64,000 nt of DNA from Bacteroidetes bacterium UBA7662. Lineage in GTDB: Bacteria; Bacteroidota; Bacteroidia; UBA7662. The position numbers and the translations under genes are program-made. The notes beneath the pieces were generated by a model. The model was not told the origin of the DNA. It did not search any database and was given only the letters and a program-made list of their open reading frames with translations. The DNA lies in the NCBI GenBank assembly GCA_002483345.1, contig DLHS01000015.1:41117-105116 (forward strand), read 5' to 3'. Below are positions 9,742-19,493 of this stretch, in pieces (position 1 is the stretch's first letter; each line of letters begins with the position of its first letter).

Positions 9742-11028
9742 TCAGATCTGGGACAGGGCCTGATTCAAATCAGCCTGCAGGTCCTGAACATGCTCAATAC
9801 CAACCGAAAACCGGATCATGGCATCTCCAATGCCATATCTTGCCCGGTTGGCAGCTGTCATGGGGGCGTGACTGGTAGTTGCAGGGTGGGCACAAAGACT
9901 TTCTGTGCCACCCAGACTGACAGCCAGTCTGATCAGTTTCAGGGCATCGAGGAAACAAAAAGCTTCTTTTTCACCACCTTTTACATCGAAGGCAATCATC
10001 GCCCCTGAATGCTCGCATTGTTTGCGGAAAATAAGGTTATTGACACTATCTGTTTCTCCGGCCAGACCAGGATAATACACTTTCTTTACTTTTGGATGCT
10101 GATTTAACCAATCTGCCAGTTGCCGGGCATTGGCAGCCGCCTTTTCCATGCGGAGAGAAAGTGTTTCCAGACTCCTTAAAAGCAAAAAGCAGGTAAAAGG
10201 AGAGGCAGTAGCGCCCAGTTGGGTCCGCCAGCCACGAATGACTGCCATCAGCTCTTTCCGGCCGATGCAGGCACCTGCCATTACATCACTGTGGCCACCT
10301 ATATATTTGGTAGCGGAATAGAGTACTACATCCGCTCCGTGTTTGATAGGTTGCTGAAAAACGGGGCCGTAATAGGTATTATCAACCGTGAGTATGACTT
10401 CTTTTTCCGGTTTGGTCAGGATTTTTTTGATTTCAGCGGCGACACTCAGGTCGATCATCAGGTTATGCGGATTGCAGGGAGTTTCTACATGAATTACCCT
10501 GATTTTATCCCTGAATCCTGCCTGATCGATCCGACTAAGCACATCATCAACTGTATCGTTTGCGTCAAAAGCCAGGCTGTTAATCTGCATGGCTTTGAGT
10601 TGGGTGTGTATAAAGGCATCACAGCCACCATAAAGCGGATTGCTGTACAAAATCACATCTCCCGGCCTTAAGAGCGCCAACCAGCAGCTACTTATGGCTG
10701 CCATACCCGATTCGAAGGCCAAAGCAGCTTCTCCACCATCCCAAACACACAACCGTTCTTCCAGTGTCTGCAGGCCGGGATGGTTCCAGCGACTGTAAGC
10801 CATGGGTTCTGCCTCACCAGGTAACAGCTCACCACGCCCGTTTTTGTAGGCAAACAGCCGTTTCATGGTAGCCGAATCCGGGAAAACAAAGGTGGAGGAT
10901 TGGTAGATGGGGACTTTAAGGGCACCCCTGTCCTGGGTATAATCCTGGCTTAAGGAACCGAGTAAGGAATCCGGGTGAAGGGAGTTATCTGAAAAGTGCA
11001 TCTGCAATTTTCGGATATTATTTCTCAA
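9742..11028 (-). CDS. Cys/Met-metabolism PLP-dependent enzyme (trans-sulfuration family; O-acetylhomoserine sulfhydrylase / gamma-lyase type)
   Basis: PIYQSSTFVF... YSATKYIGGHSD PLP-lysine motif typical of PF01053; 428 aa. Confidence 0.8.
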   Translation of the reverse strand: MRNNIRKLQMHFSDNSLHPDSLLGSLSQDYTQDRGALKVPIYQSSTFVFPDSATMKRLFAYKNGRGELLPGEAEPMAYSRWNHPGLQTLEERLCVWDGGEAALAFESGMAAISSCWLALLRPGDVILYSNPLYGGCDAFIHTQLKAMQINSLAFDANDTVDDVLSRIDQAGFRDKIRVIHVETPCNPHNLMIDLSVAAEIKKILTKPEKEVILTVDNTYYGPVFQQPIKHGADVVLYSATKYIGGHSDVMAGACIGRKELMAVIRGWRTQLGATASPFTCFLLLRSLETLSLRMEKAAANARQLADWLNQHPKVKKVYYPGLAGETDSVNNLIFRKQCEHSGAMIAFDVKGGEKEAFCFLDALKLIRLAVSLGGTESLCAHPATTSHAPMTAANRARYGIGDAMIRFSVGIEHVQDLQADLNQALSQI

Positions 11029-12988
11029 TCATCAAGCGGTTTATACCAACACCAGCTGTACTTTTTGTTACAATCTGATAAACCCCCGGAGACAAAGCAG
11101 GGAGAACTAATGTAGCAGGGTTTTCCTGATAATTCAAGCTATAGATAAGTCTACCCTGCAGGTCAAATATGCTGATACTGTTAAACGTTGTTCCTGAGGG
11201 GTCAGATAGATGAAAAGTGCCTTTGCTGGGGTTTGGGTATAGTTTAAGTTGGTGTTGTTCCAGTTTTTGTACGGAAACAGTTGAAATTGAAAGGGTGGCT
11301 GCCTCTGAAGTGTCAGAACACATGGAGGATGATATGATACAGCGGTATTTGTAATTATTCATCCACGGTGAAATGGCACTTACAAATAGCACATTATTGG
11401 TAACCCCATTATAAGGCCCAGCATTGCTTAAATTACGGAAACCGGTACCGTCATCCATCTGCCACTGATAAACGGGTGAGATAGGTGAAAGAACCTCGAA
11501 TGATACCGAACCCCCGATGAAAGCAGAGGTGTCCGATGGATTTAACTGGATCAGGTTTTCAGGGCATTCAAAAAATTTAACCAACATACCGTCATATCCT
11601 CCGATGCGATTCCCGGTAGGGAAAGCAATCTGACTACTGCTTTGGGTATAACCAGCCAAAAAGATGTTGCCTTCCACATCGCAACTTGTATTGTAGCCCC
11701 AGTCAGCTGATGCACCTCCGTAATAGGTACCCCAAATACGCTGTCCGTATGGATCAAACCGGACCAGAAAAGCATCTTCACCGCCACCACCGTAATTGGT
11801 TTGAAAGGCACCAGGCGTACTGATTCCATTAGAACTTCCTGTACCGCCTGTAACCAGCAAGTCGGCTGTGGCATTGAATGCCATTCCGTAAGACATATCT
11901 GTTCCGGTACCACCCAAATAGGTGGCCCATTCAAGTATACCGTTTCGGTTGAAGGACGCCACAAGCGCGTCGGTCATGCCGCCATATATTGTCTGATGAG
12001 CACCTTGTGTCGCTATACCAGAACTGCTGCTGGTCTGACCTGAGAGATACAGTTTGTTGGATGGAATGACATTACCGAATCCATCAGAATAGCCTACTCC
12101 CCAAATAATATCCTCTCCGGGACCGCCGAAATAAGTGCTCCATATTCTATTGCCGTTTCTGTTGAAAGCGTAAAAAATACCATCCGTACCATTGCTTTTG
12201 GATGTTTGGTGTACACCAGGGGTGGCTAATTCGATACTGCTTGACTTACCCCCCAGCCAAATCATACTGTCGGATGCTACGGAAGCATAAATATATTCTG
12301 TGCCTGATCCCCCCAGATAGGTAGCCCAAATCAGTGAGCCGTTATCAGTAAATCGGGCGAGGAATCCATCTGTACTACCATGGTAAAGGGTGTCAAAACC
12401 ATTTACCGTGGAGATTCCTGTTGAACTGGTGCTGATACCACTCATGAAAATATCTCCGTAGGCATTGGTGCTCACGGCATAGGGCTCATCAAGACCTGGC
12501 CCGCCAAAATAAGTCGACCACAACCTTGCACCGGATGGAGTATAGCAGCTTAGAAAACAATCATTGGAGCCACCACCATAAACAGGCTGATGCGCATTGC
12601 TGTCAGCCATATTATTACTGCTGTTGGTATAGCCACTGACCACAACATTATTAGAGACAGGCAATATGGCCAAAGAAGTGCCACGGTCCTCTCCGCTGCC
12701 ACCTAGATAGGTTGTCCATTGCAGGACACCATTGTAATCATATTTACTCAGGTAACTATCGCGGAAGCCACCATGATTCTGTTGCGGAGCCCCGGGTGTA
12801 CTTAACCCAACCGTGGTTTCAGTGAAACCGGTAACGTATACGTTGCCTTGCTCATCTGTAACAGAAGCCCGTATAAAATCAGTAGAAACTCCGCCGGTAT
12901 ATTTCCCCCACAATCTTACCGGGTCAGTTGCACTGGCCGAAAGAGAAAGCAGCACCAGTAAAATGAAAGGTAAAATTCTGTGTATCAT
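11018..12988 (-). CDS. SBBP beta-propeller-repeat protein with T9SS C-terminal sorting domain
   Basis: Signal peptide; many YLGGSG(E/T)D...G repeats; C-terminal LKLYPNPSKGTFHL...IFDLQGRLIYS CTD. Confidence 0.8.
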   Translation of the reverse strand: MIHRILPFILLVLLSLSASATDPVRLWGKYTGGVSTDFIRASVTDEQGNVYVTGFTETTVGLSTPGAPQQNHGGFRDSYLSKYDYNGVLQWTTYLGGSGEDRGTSLAILPVSNNVVVSGYTNSSNNMADSNAHQPVYGGGSNDCFLSCYTPSGARLWSTYFGGPGLDEPYAVSTNAYGDIFMSGISTSSTGISTVNGFDTLYHGSTDGFLARFTDNGSLIWATYLGGSGTEYIYASVASDSMIWLGGKSSSIELATPGVHQTSKSNGTDGIFYAFNRNGNRIWSTYFGGPGEDIIWGVGYSDGFGNVIPSNKLYLSGQTSSSSGIATQGAHQTIYGGMTDALVASFNRNGILEWATYLGGTGTDMSYGMAFNATADLLVTGGTGSSNGISTPGAFQTNYGGGGEDAFLVRFDPYGQRIWGTYYGGASADWGYNTSCDVEGNIFLAGYTQSSSQIAFPTGNRIGGYDGMLVKFFECPENLIQLNPSDTSAFIGGSVSFEVLSPISPVYQWQMDDGTGFRNLSNAGPYNGVTNNVLFVSAISPWMNNYKYRCIISSSMCSDTSEAATLSISTVSVQKLEQHQLKLYPNPSKGTFHLSDPSGTTFNSISIFDLQGRLIYSLNYQENPATLVLPALSPGVYQIVTKSTAGVGINRLMIEK

Positions 12989-13031
12989 GGCCTTGTTTTA
13001 AACAAAGATACACAGCATCAGGCAAGAAATA

Positions 13032-13493
13032 TTATTGACGCATTTTGTCAAGTAAAAAATTTAACTGCATGACTTCTGCTTCGGTCAAAGCCCCCATCAG
13101 CTTATCCATATCACCCTCCAGTTGTTCCATCTGCGCCAGAAGCTCCAGGCCGGTCTGCCCGATGGTTACGTCTACCAGCCTTTTGTCGCTGTCACAAACC
13201 CGTTTTACGACCAGTTTTTTTAATATCAGCCGATCCACAATACGCGATACATCCGACATTTTGTCGAGCATACGTTTGCGGATTTCCTGGGTACTGATAG
13301 GATCCGGGTAACTTCCACGCAGTATGCGCAGCACATTGTATTGCTGCATAGTAATGTCGAAAGGTTCTATCGACAGTCGGATCTGTTCCTGCAGCCAGCC
13401 GTAGGAAAAAATCAGGTTTACGGCTGCTTTCTGGTATTCGTTCCTGAAAGCCCGCTTTTGTTTGATGTCTTCTTGAATCCCCATAAATGACAA
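13032..13493 (-). CDS. MarR family transcriptional regulator
   Basis: Winged-helix MarR region (ISTQEIRKRMLDKMSDVSRIVDRLILKKLVVKRV.DSDKRLVDV). Confidence 0.85.
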   Translation of the reverse strand: MSFMGIQEDIKQKRAFRNEYQKAAVNLIFSYGWLQEQIRLSIEPFDITMQQYNVLRILRGSYPDPISTQEIRKRMLDKMSDVSRIVDRLILKKLVVKRVCDSDKRLVDVTIGQTGLELLAQMEQLEGDMDKLMGALTEAEVMQLNFLLDKMRQ

Positions 13494-13538
13494 ATGCCCC
13501 GGTCTGGTATTGGACCGGGGCGTAAATTTAGTTGATTA

Positions 13539-14189
13539 TCAGCCTTTTTTAACCAGCTGGATGTTCAGGTTGATGTCTACATCATCACCTACCACCGCGC
13601 CGCCGGCTTCCGTAACGGCACTCCACATCAAACCAAAGGTTTTGCGGTTGATAGTACTTTTGGCTTTAAAGCCAGCTTTAATGTTTCCATAAGGGTCTTT
13701 TACCACGCCGCCGTAGGTAACTGCAAATGTTACCGGCTTGGTCACATCACGGATGGTGAGGTTACCGGCGAGTTCATATTTATTGCCACTTACTTTTTTG
13801 AAAGACTTGCTCTGGAAGCTCATCTTCGGGAATTTAGCTGCGTTGAAGAAGTCATCGGACTTCAGATGGTCGTCACGCATAGTGTTGTCGGTGTTGACCG
13901 AAGCAACGTCTACCGTAAATTCCATTTTCGCATCCGTAAAATCGGCTTTGGTGTTGGTCATTTTGCCATCAAACATTTTGAAGTGACCGTCAACTTCTGA
14001 AATAACCAGATGCGATACCGTAAATTTTACATTCGAGTGTGATGCGTCCAATGCCCAGCTGCCGGATGTAGGCAAATCAGCTGCCAGGAGGGCAGAAGCA
14101 GAATCAGAAGACGATGTTTTTTCACCGGTCGTGAAGGCTACCAATGCTGTACTAAGCGCAAGGGTCGCAAGGAGCAATACTTTTTTCAT
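13539..14189 (-). CDS. YceI-family periplasmic polyisoprenoid-binding protein
   Basis: Start re-set to the internal ATG at 14189 (MKKVLLLATLALSTAL signal peptide). YceI signatures SHSNVKF...DVTKPV... Confidence 0.85.
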   Translation of the reverse strand: MKKVLLLATLALSTALVAFTTGEKTSSSDSASALLAADLPTSGSWALDASHSNVKFTVSHLVISEVDGHFKMFDGKMTNTKADFTDAKMEFTVDVASVNTDNTMRDDHLKSDDFFNAAKFPKMSFQSKSFKKVSGNKYELAGNLTIRDVTKPVTFAVTYGGVVKDPYGNIKAGFKAKSTINRKTFGLMWSAVTEAGGAVVGDDVDINLNIQLVKKG

Positions 14190-14289
14190 GGATGTTGAAT
14201 TTTTAATGTTGGTACAAATATAAAGTCTAAACATTGAAGTTTCAACATTGATTGAGAAAATATTTGGCTGACGCGGCAGAGATGCTTTT

Positions 14290-14766
14290 TTAGAAATTCG
14301 CTGAATGTCCTTTGAAATTCCGGAGATAAACCAGTAAACGGGCTTCCGCACATACATTTCCGGCTTTATCGATGGCTTGTGCAGTCATCCATTGCTGAAA
14401 TTTACCTTGTTCCTTCAACGCAATTTCAGCCGCAGCAATGGCCTCTTCTGATATCTCAAAACGAATGCTTAAATCAGAAGCGGCAGGTTTACGGTAGTCA
14501 ATTTCTGCGCTTTTCAGCCATGCTTCCAGCTTTTGACCCTTGTGAGCAAAAATCTGCCACATCAGAATCGAATGAAAAGGGTCAAAGGCACTGAAGATTG
14601 TGCCTCCGAAGATGGTGCGTTGCAGGTTTTTATTAAATACGCTGTGTTTCACCCGAACCTCCGCCCACCGGAAGTCGTCGGCAATGGCAGTCACTTTTAC
14701 CCTCGAAAACAACAGCGGAGGGAAAAGCGAAAGCATCCATTTGATTTGCCAGGGGCGGAATTTCAT
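14290..14766 (-). CDS. DUF4442/YiiD_C hot-dog-fold thioesterase-like protein
   Basis: FGGTIFSAFDPF motif characteristic of DUF4442. Confidence 0.6.
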   Translation of the reverse strand: MKFRPWQIKWMLSLFPPLLFSRVKVTAIADDFRWAEVRVKHSVFNKNLQRTIFGGTIFSAFDPFHSILMWQIFAHKGQKLEAWLKSAEIDYRKPAASDLSIRFEISEEAIAAAEIALKEQGKFQQWMTAQAIDKAGNVCAEARLLVYLRNFKGHSANF

Positions 14767-14778
14767 TGTATTGGTAGT

Positions 14779-16092
14779 TTAATGCTGCCGGGTAAGTTTG
14801 TATTGGTATACCTCTTTGCCGGTATTGTCGACAAAACGAATCAGCAGTTCCCGTTCTTTACGGGGGCCGCTGAATTCGAACAGGGCAAAGTTACGTTGCA
14901 GGACCAGACTTCCTTCGATACGATTGGCATTTGGCTCATTATCACGACTTCTGGCAAAAGAGGAGGTGAGGGGTGAGGCGGTCACATCATGGAACACGAT
15001 GCCCTCTACCGTTAAGCGGCTGATTTCACTGTGATGGCGGTCTCCAGTTACAAAAACCACGTTTTTAATGCCTTCGGCAGCGATTCTCCGCAGTAGTTTT
15101 TCCCTTTCGCAGGCAAAAACGGCATAGTTCTCATACACGGCCATGCTGTTAAGCACCTGACTGCCGTTGGCAACAATTTTATATGGGGCATCACTGAATT
15201 TCAGGGCATTAATGAGCCATTCAATCTGAGCTTCTCCCAACATCTCCCTTTCACAACTGTCATGCAGTGATTCCGAACTGCGGCTCCAGCGATCGTCGAG
15301 CAGGAAAAAATCAACATCTCTGAAACGGAAGGCGGTGGTAATGCCAGGGACCTCCGGAGTACCCACAGTAGGGTTTGCCCAGAATAGCTTAAAAGCTTCC
15401 AGCGAGTAGTTCTTATGAACCCAGCTTTTGTTGGCGTCATTCGGGCCGTAATCGTGATCGTCCCAGATGGCGTAATTTGGGCAAACGGCCAGCATCTGCT
15501 GCATTTCGGGTATGGCCCGGCTGTGGCTGTAGCGGTGTAATACACCTGCCCGGCTGCTCCAGTCTGCTTCCCTCAGGTAGGTGTTGTCTCCCAACCAGAG
15601 CATCATATCAGGTTTTGCTTCAGCCATACGTTCGAAAATGAAGTAATCGCCACCATAGGGTTTACCGGGACGATCGTACACAGTTTCATTGATGAAATTA
15701 CAGCTGCCCATGGCCACTTTGAAGGCAGGTGGATCGTTGCGCCACTGCCAGAGTGGCTGGGTACTGAATAACAAGGGGTAAGGTCTTGCGACTGCCTTGC
15801 CATCAGCCAGCACGCGGTATTCATAGGTAGTGCCCGGCTCCAGCAAGGCGATGGTAAACGTCAGGCAATGGGCTTCCGACGGTCGGCTTTTAAGGGTTTC
15901 GGTTTTCTGCCAGAGATTTGTATTTCCCTGCTTTTTGTACTCCAGGGTTACGGAAGCAGCTTTTTCAGTCTGCAACCAGATGCGGGCTTCGCGCATATCG
16001 GTATGACCCAGCATGGGACCGGCAACCAACTGTGCCAGCGCTGTGGTTACCAGAAATAAGTGAAGAAGGAGCAGTAAAAGGGTCTTTTTCAT
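14779..16092 (-). CDS. PhoD-like alkaline phosphatase (metallophosphatase)
   Basis: Signal peptide MKKTLLLLLLHLFL; metallophosphatase motifs GDNTY, WDDHDYG, TGDRHH. Confidence 0.8.
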   Translation of the reverse strand: MKKTLLLLLLHLFLVTTALAQLVAGPMLGHTDMREARIWLQTEKAASVTLEYKKQGNTNLWQKTETLKSRPSEAHCLTFTIALLEPGTTYEYRVLADGKAVARPYPLLFSTQPLWQWRNDPPAFKVAMGSCNFINETVYDRPGKPYGGDYFIFERMAEAKPDMMLWLGDNTYLREADWSSRAGVLHRYSHSRAIPEMQQMLAVCPNYAIWDDHDYGPNDANKSWVHKNYSLEAFKLFWANPTVGTPEVPGITTAFRFRDVDFFLLDDRWSRSSESLHDSCEREMLGEAQIEWLINALKFSDAPYKIVANGSQVLNSMAVYENYAVFACEREKLLRRIAAEGIKNVVFVTGDRHHSEISRLTVEGIVFHDVTASPLTSSFARSRDNEPNANRIEGSLVLQRNFALFEFSGPRKERELLIRFVDNTGKEVYQYKLTRQH

Positions 16093-16182
16093 GACATAAC
16101 TTTGAAGCAAGATAAGGCTTCCATGTTATCGCTGCATTGCGAATACAGAAAGCATAACTTTGTGTCACCAAGCGTAAAACCC

Positions 16183-17874
16183 ATGCAAAAACTGATTGAA
16201 TGCGTCCCCAATTTCTCAGAAGGGCGCGATATGAGTGTTATCAAACAAATCACCGACCAGATTGAAAGTGTGGCCGGTGTAAAACTACTCGATGTAGACC
16301 CGGGCAAAGCTACCAACCGCACGGTGGTTACTTTTGTGGGGCCACCTCAGGAAGTCATTGAAGCGGCCTTTCTGGCGATTCAGAAAGCCGCAGAGGTCAT
16401 CGACATGCGTAAACACAGCGGCGAACACGCCCGCATGGGGGCTACCGATGTTTGCCCGTTGATACCTATCAGTGGCATAAGCATGGAAGAAACGGCTGAA
16501 TTTGCCCGTAAACTGGGCAAAAGGGTAGGTGAAAACCTGAGTATCCCGGTTTTTCTCTACGAAAAGGCTGCCAGTAAACCTGAACGCCAGAATCTGGCAA
16601 CCATCCGGGCCGGGGAGTATGAAGGCCTGGCCAATAAGCTGAAAGACCCTAACTGGAAACCCGATTTTGGGCAAGCTGTATTCAACGAACGTGCCGGCGC
16701 TACTGTGATAGGTGCCCGTGAATTCCTGATAGCCTACAACATCAACCTCAATACTCCATCTACCCGCATCGCGAATGCTATCGCCTTTGATGTCAGGGAA
16801 GCCGGCAGGATCAAACGCAAAGGCCACCCGGTTTTGGGAGAGATAGAAACCGATGACAGTGGTGAACCTGTCCGCATACCGGGAAGCTTGAAATCAGTGA
16901 AGGCAGTAGGTTGGTTTATAGAGGAATATGGATTTGCACAGATTTCCATGAACCTCACCAATGTGGCAGTCACACCCGTCCACAAAGCCTTTGATGAAGT
17001 GGTGCGCGCAGCCGCTGAAAGGGGGGTAAGGGTTACCGGCTCAGAGCTGGTAGGACTGATCCCATTGCAGGCCATGCTGGATGCCGGTCGTTATTTTCTG
17101 GAGAAAATGGGCAGGTCTGCCGGTGTTTCAGAAGCTGACTTGATTACAACTGCCGTCCGATCCATGGGACTGGCCGAACTGGGACCTTTTGATCCGCAGA
17201 AAAAAATAATCGAGTATGTCATCGCTGATAAAGGTCAAAGCCGACTTGTAAACATGGACTTGCGGGCTTTCGCAGATGAAACAGCCGCTGAATCGCCCGC
17301 GCCGGGTGGTGGTTCCATTGCTGCCTATACAGGGGCTTTGGGTGTATCACTGGCGGCTATGGTAGCCAATTTATCGGCAGCCAAAAGGGGATGGGAAGAT
17401 CAATTCTCCTATTTCAGCGACATGGCGGTGAAAAGCCAGACACTCAAAGAGGCGCTTCTGCGAAAAGTAGATGAGGACACCCTTGCCTTTGACGGTATTA
17501 TGCAGGCTTTTGCCTTGCCCAAAAGCACGCCTGAGGAGAAACAAGCCCGAAGCAAAGCCATTCAGGACGCTACGGTAGTCGCCATTGAGACCCCTTTGTC
17601 TGTCATGCGCCTGGCTTTACAATCTTTCGAACCCATCCGGGCCATGATTGAAAAGGGAAATCCTAATTCTGTGACCGATGCAGGAGTTGGCGCCCTGTGT
17701 GCCAGAACCGCCATCTATGGTGCCTATATGAATGTGAAAGTAAATCTGAGTGGCATAAAAGACAAAAGTTACTCAGATAAAGTAATGTCCGAATCAGAAA
17801 CTATTCTGTCTCAGGCATTAAAGCTGGAGGCGGAGCTGCTGGCGTTGGTTGATCAGCGACTGGCTGCGGGTTGA
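16183..17874 (+). CDS. ftcD: glutamate formimidoyltransferase / formimidoyltetrahydrofolate cyclodeaminase
   Basis: N-terminal LIECVPNFSEGRD formiminotransferase signature plus C-terminal cyclodeaminase domain; start placed at the internal ATG (16183). Confidence 0.8.
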   Translation: MQKLIECVPNFSEGRDMSVIKQITDQIESVAGVKLLDVDPGKATNRTVVTFVGPPQEVIEAAFLAIQKAAEVIDMRKHSGEHARMGATDVCPLIPISGISMEETAEFARKLGKRVGENLSIPVFLYEKAASKPERQNLATIRAGEYEGLANKLKDPNWKPDFGQAVFNERAGATVIGAREFLIAYNINLNTPSTRIANAIAFDVREAGRIKRKGHPVLGEIETDDSGEPVRIPGSLKSVKAVGWFIEEYGFAQISMNLTNVAVTPVHKAFDEVVRAAAERGVRVTGSELVGLIPLQAMLDAGRYFLEKMGRSAGVSEADLITTAVRSMGLAELGPFDPQKKIIEYVIADKGQSRLVNMDLRAFADETAAESPAPGGGSIAAYTGALGVSLAAMVANLSAAKRGWEDQFSYFSDMAVKSQTLKEALLRKVDEDTLAFDGIMQAFALPKSTPEEKQARSKAIQDATVVAIETPLSVMRLALQSFEPIRAMIEKGNPNSVTDAGVGALCARTAIYGAYMNVKVNLSGIKDKSYSDKVMSESETILSQALKLEAELLALVDQRLAAG

Positions 17875-19405
17875 GAAGTTTATAAAGGCCTCTTTCCGGA
17901 TTACAAATAAAAGCCTCCTCCATGCGGAAGGAGGCTAATTTTTTGCGGTCAGCCTCCCATTTGAAACCTTTCAGACGGAATTCCAGGGGATTTACCTGAT
18001 CGATAGGATGAAGGACGGCAACAGGTTGGACATAAAAACGAATATCGACAGGCCGGTTATCTTCCAGCAGTATAGTGATATCACTCGATTCTATCTTATT
18101 CGCCCCCATCAGGCTGCCATCTTCCCGCTCTACATAATAGATGCTTTGTCCGTTGCCTTTGATATCAATCCGCGCCATCTGACGGTTTTCAAACCAGGCT
18201 GTCATGTCCTTACCCTTTACCTGACTGTAACGGAGTGAGTCTTCTTCTTTCACCATCAGGCCGTCTCTGTACATCTCCAGCCGGTCAAAATCTTTTCCTT
18301 TGGTATACAACTCCATAAATTCCGAAGTAATCTGGAATTCAGCAGACCATATCACAGGATTCCGGTAAAACCGGAAGACGGAATCTGTTTCCACATAACT
18401 CAGTGAATCACAGAGCAGCAGCAAATCTGATTTTTGAATCACCGGTAGAAAATGGGCCAGCAACACATTGGTGCTGTCTCCGATGCGGTTTTGGTAGATG
18501 GTGTCAGCGGTGAGATAAAGCGTATCCGGATCGCTGAAATTCATCAGTATCGGGAAATTGTAGACTACAGAAGTTCCTTTTTTACGATCAAAACGGGTGT
18601 ATCCGCCCCTGACTTCTGTTTTCTCCAGGGTATCAATCACCTGGACCCCGCCGATACAATAGCCTCGCTGCAGGCTGTCGTTGAAGTAAATGGTGTCTGC
18701 GCGGATGAACTGGTGGCTGTCAATCGCCACTTGTCCGTTTTTGGTGAGGAACGATTCACGCGTCTGTGTTTTGAACCACCCCCCTTCGGTATAGGTCGTA
18801 CTCCGGTCGGAGTAGATATACGTTGGCCCGAAAAAATCAGCCTTTTTAAGCAAGGTGTGGTAGTGCAGGGTGTCGCCGGTGAGCCGGAAATCTGGGTGGT
18901 CGAGGGTTACATTTTTTTGGAAAAATAGCTTTTTAAGATTGCTGTCGTACAGGCCGTTTTTGCTTTTCAGGACTGCTTCGGCATTGGTGATGACAGCAGG
19001 AGTGTTGTAGCGGGCAATTTTATTGGCCGTATTGTAGTACAGTATGTCAGTCCGGAGGGTCATCTCTCCATCGGTAACCACTACCTCTCCTTTGAGATAG
19101 GCATCTTTGCTGTTGCCATCATACTCCAGATAGCGGGAGCGGGCATCCATCTTGCCGGGTTGCAGTATACGCACCTTTCCGAAGGCCGTGGCTTTGTTCT
19201 GGTCGACATAGAGGTAGGCGCTGTCACAAAACAACTGAACGTCGTTCTGGCGCAGGATTACATCCCCCAGCAGCTTACGGATCTTCGAGCCACCTGACTC
19301 TTCATATGTGCCTTCACGCGACCTTTCGATGGTTATCAGGTTTTTGCCTTGCCCGAAAAGCAGGAGCGGTAATACGCTGAAATAGAGGAGCAGTAGTTTT
19401 TTCAA
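17801..19405 (-). CDS. OstA-like (LptA/LptD N-terminal domain repeat) outer-membrane-associated protein
   Basis: Repeated OstA_N-like strands (GDVILRQNDVQLFCDSAYLY, YLKGEVVVTDGEMTLRTDILYY). Probable TTG start at 19405 giving signal peptide (M)KKLLLLYFSVLPLLLFGQ. The low-complexity Pro/Ala C-terminus overlaps the ftcD 3' end by 74 nt. Confidence 0.55.
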   Translation of the reverse strand: MKKLLLLYFSVLPLLLFGQGKNLITIERSREGTYEESGGSKIRKLLGDVILRQNDVQLFCDSAYLYVDQNKATAFGKVRILQPGKMDARSRYLEYDGNSKDAYLKGEVVVTDGEMTLRTDILYYNTANKIARYNTPAVITNAEAVLKSKNGLYDSNLKKLFFQKNVTLDHPDFRLTGDTLHYHTLLKKADFFGPTYIYSDRSTTYTEGGWFKTQTRESFLTKNGQVAIDSHQFIRADTIYFNDSLQRGYCIGGVQVIDTLEKTEVRGGYTRFDRKKGTSVVYNFPILMNFSDPDTLYLTADTIYQNRIGDSTNVLLAHFLPVIQKSDLLLLCDSLSYVETDSVFRFYRNPVIWSAEFQITSEFMELYTKGKDFDRLEMYRDGLMVKEEDSLRYSQVKGKDMTAWFENRQMARIDIKGNGQSIYYVEREDGSLMGANKIESSDITILLEDNRPVDIRFYVQPVAVLHPIDQVNPLEFRLKGFKWEADRKKLASFRMEEAFICNPERGLYKLLNPQPVADQPTPAAPPPALMPETE

Positions 19406-19493
19406 AAGCTTGTGGCAGAATCTGACGACCAAAATTAGGCGAATTCGTGTAGTTTTAACGTTCATTTTGCTGCAATTAGCGTTAGAGTCCTTC

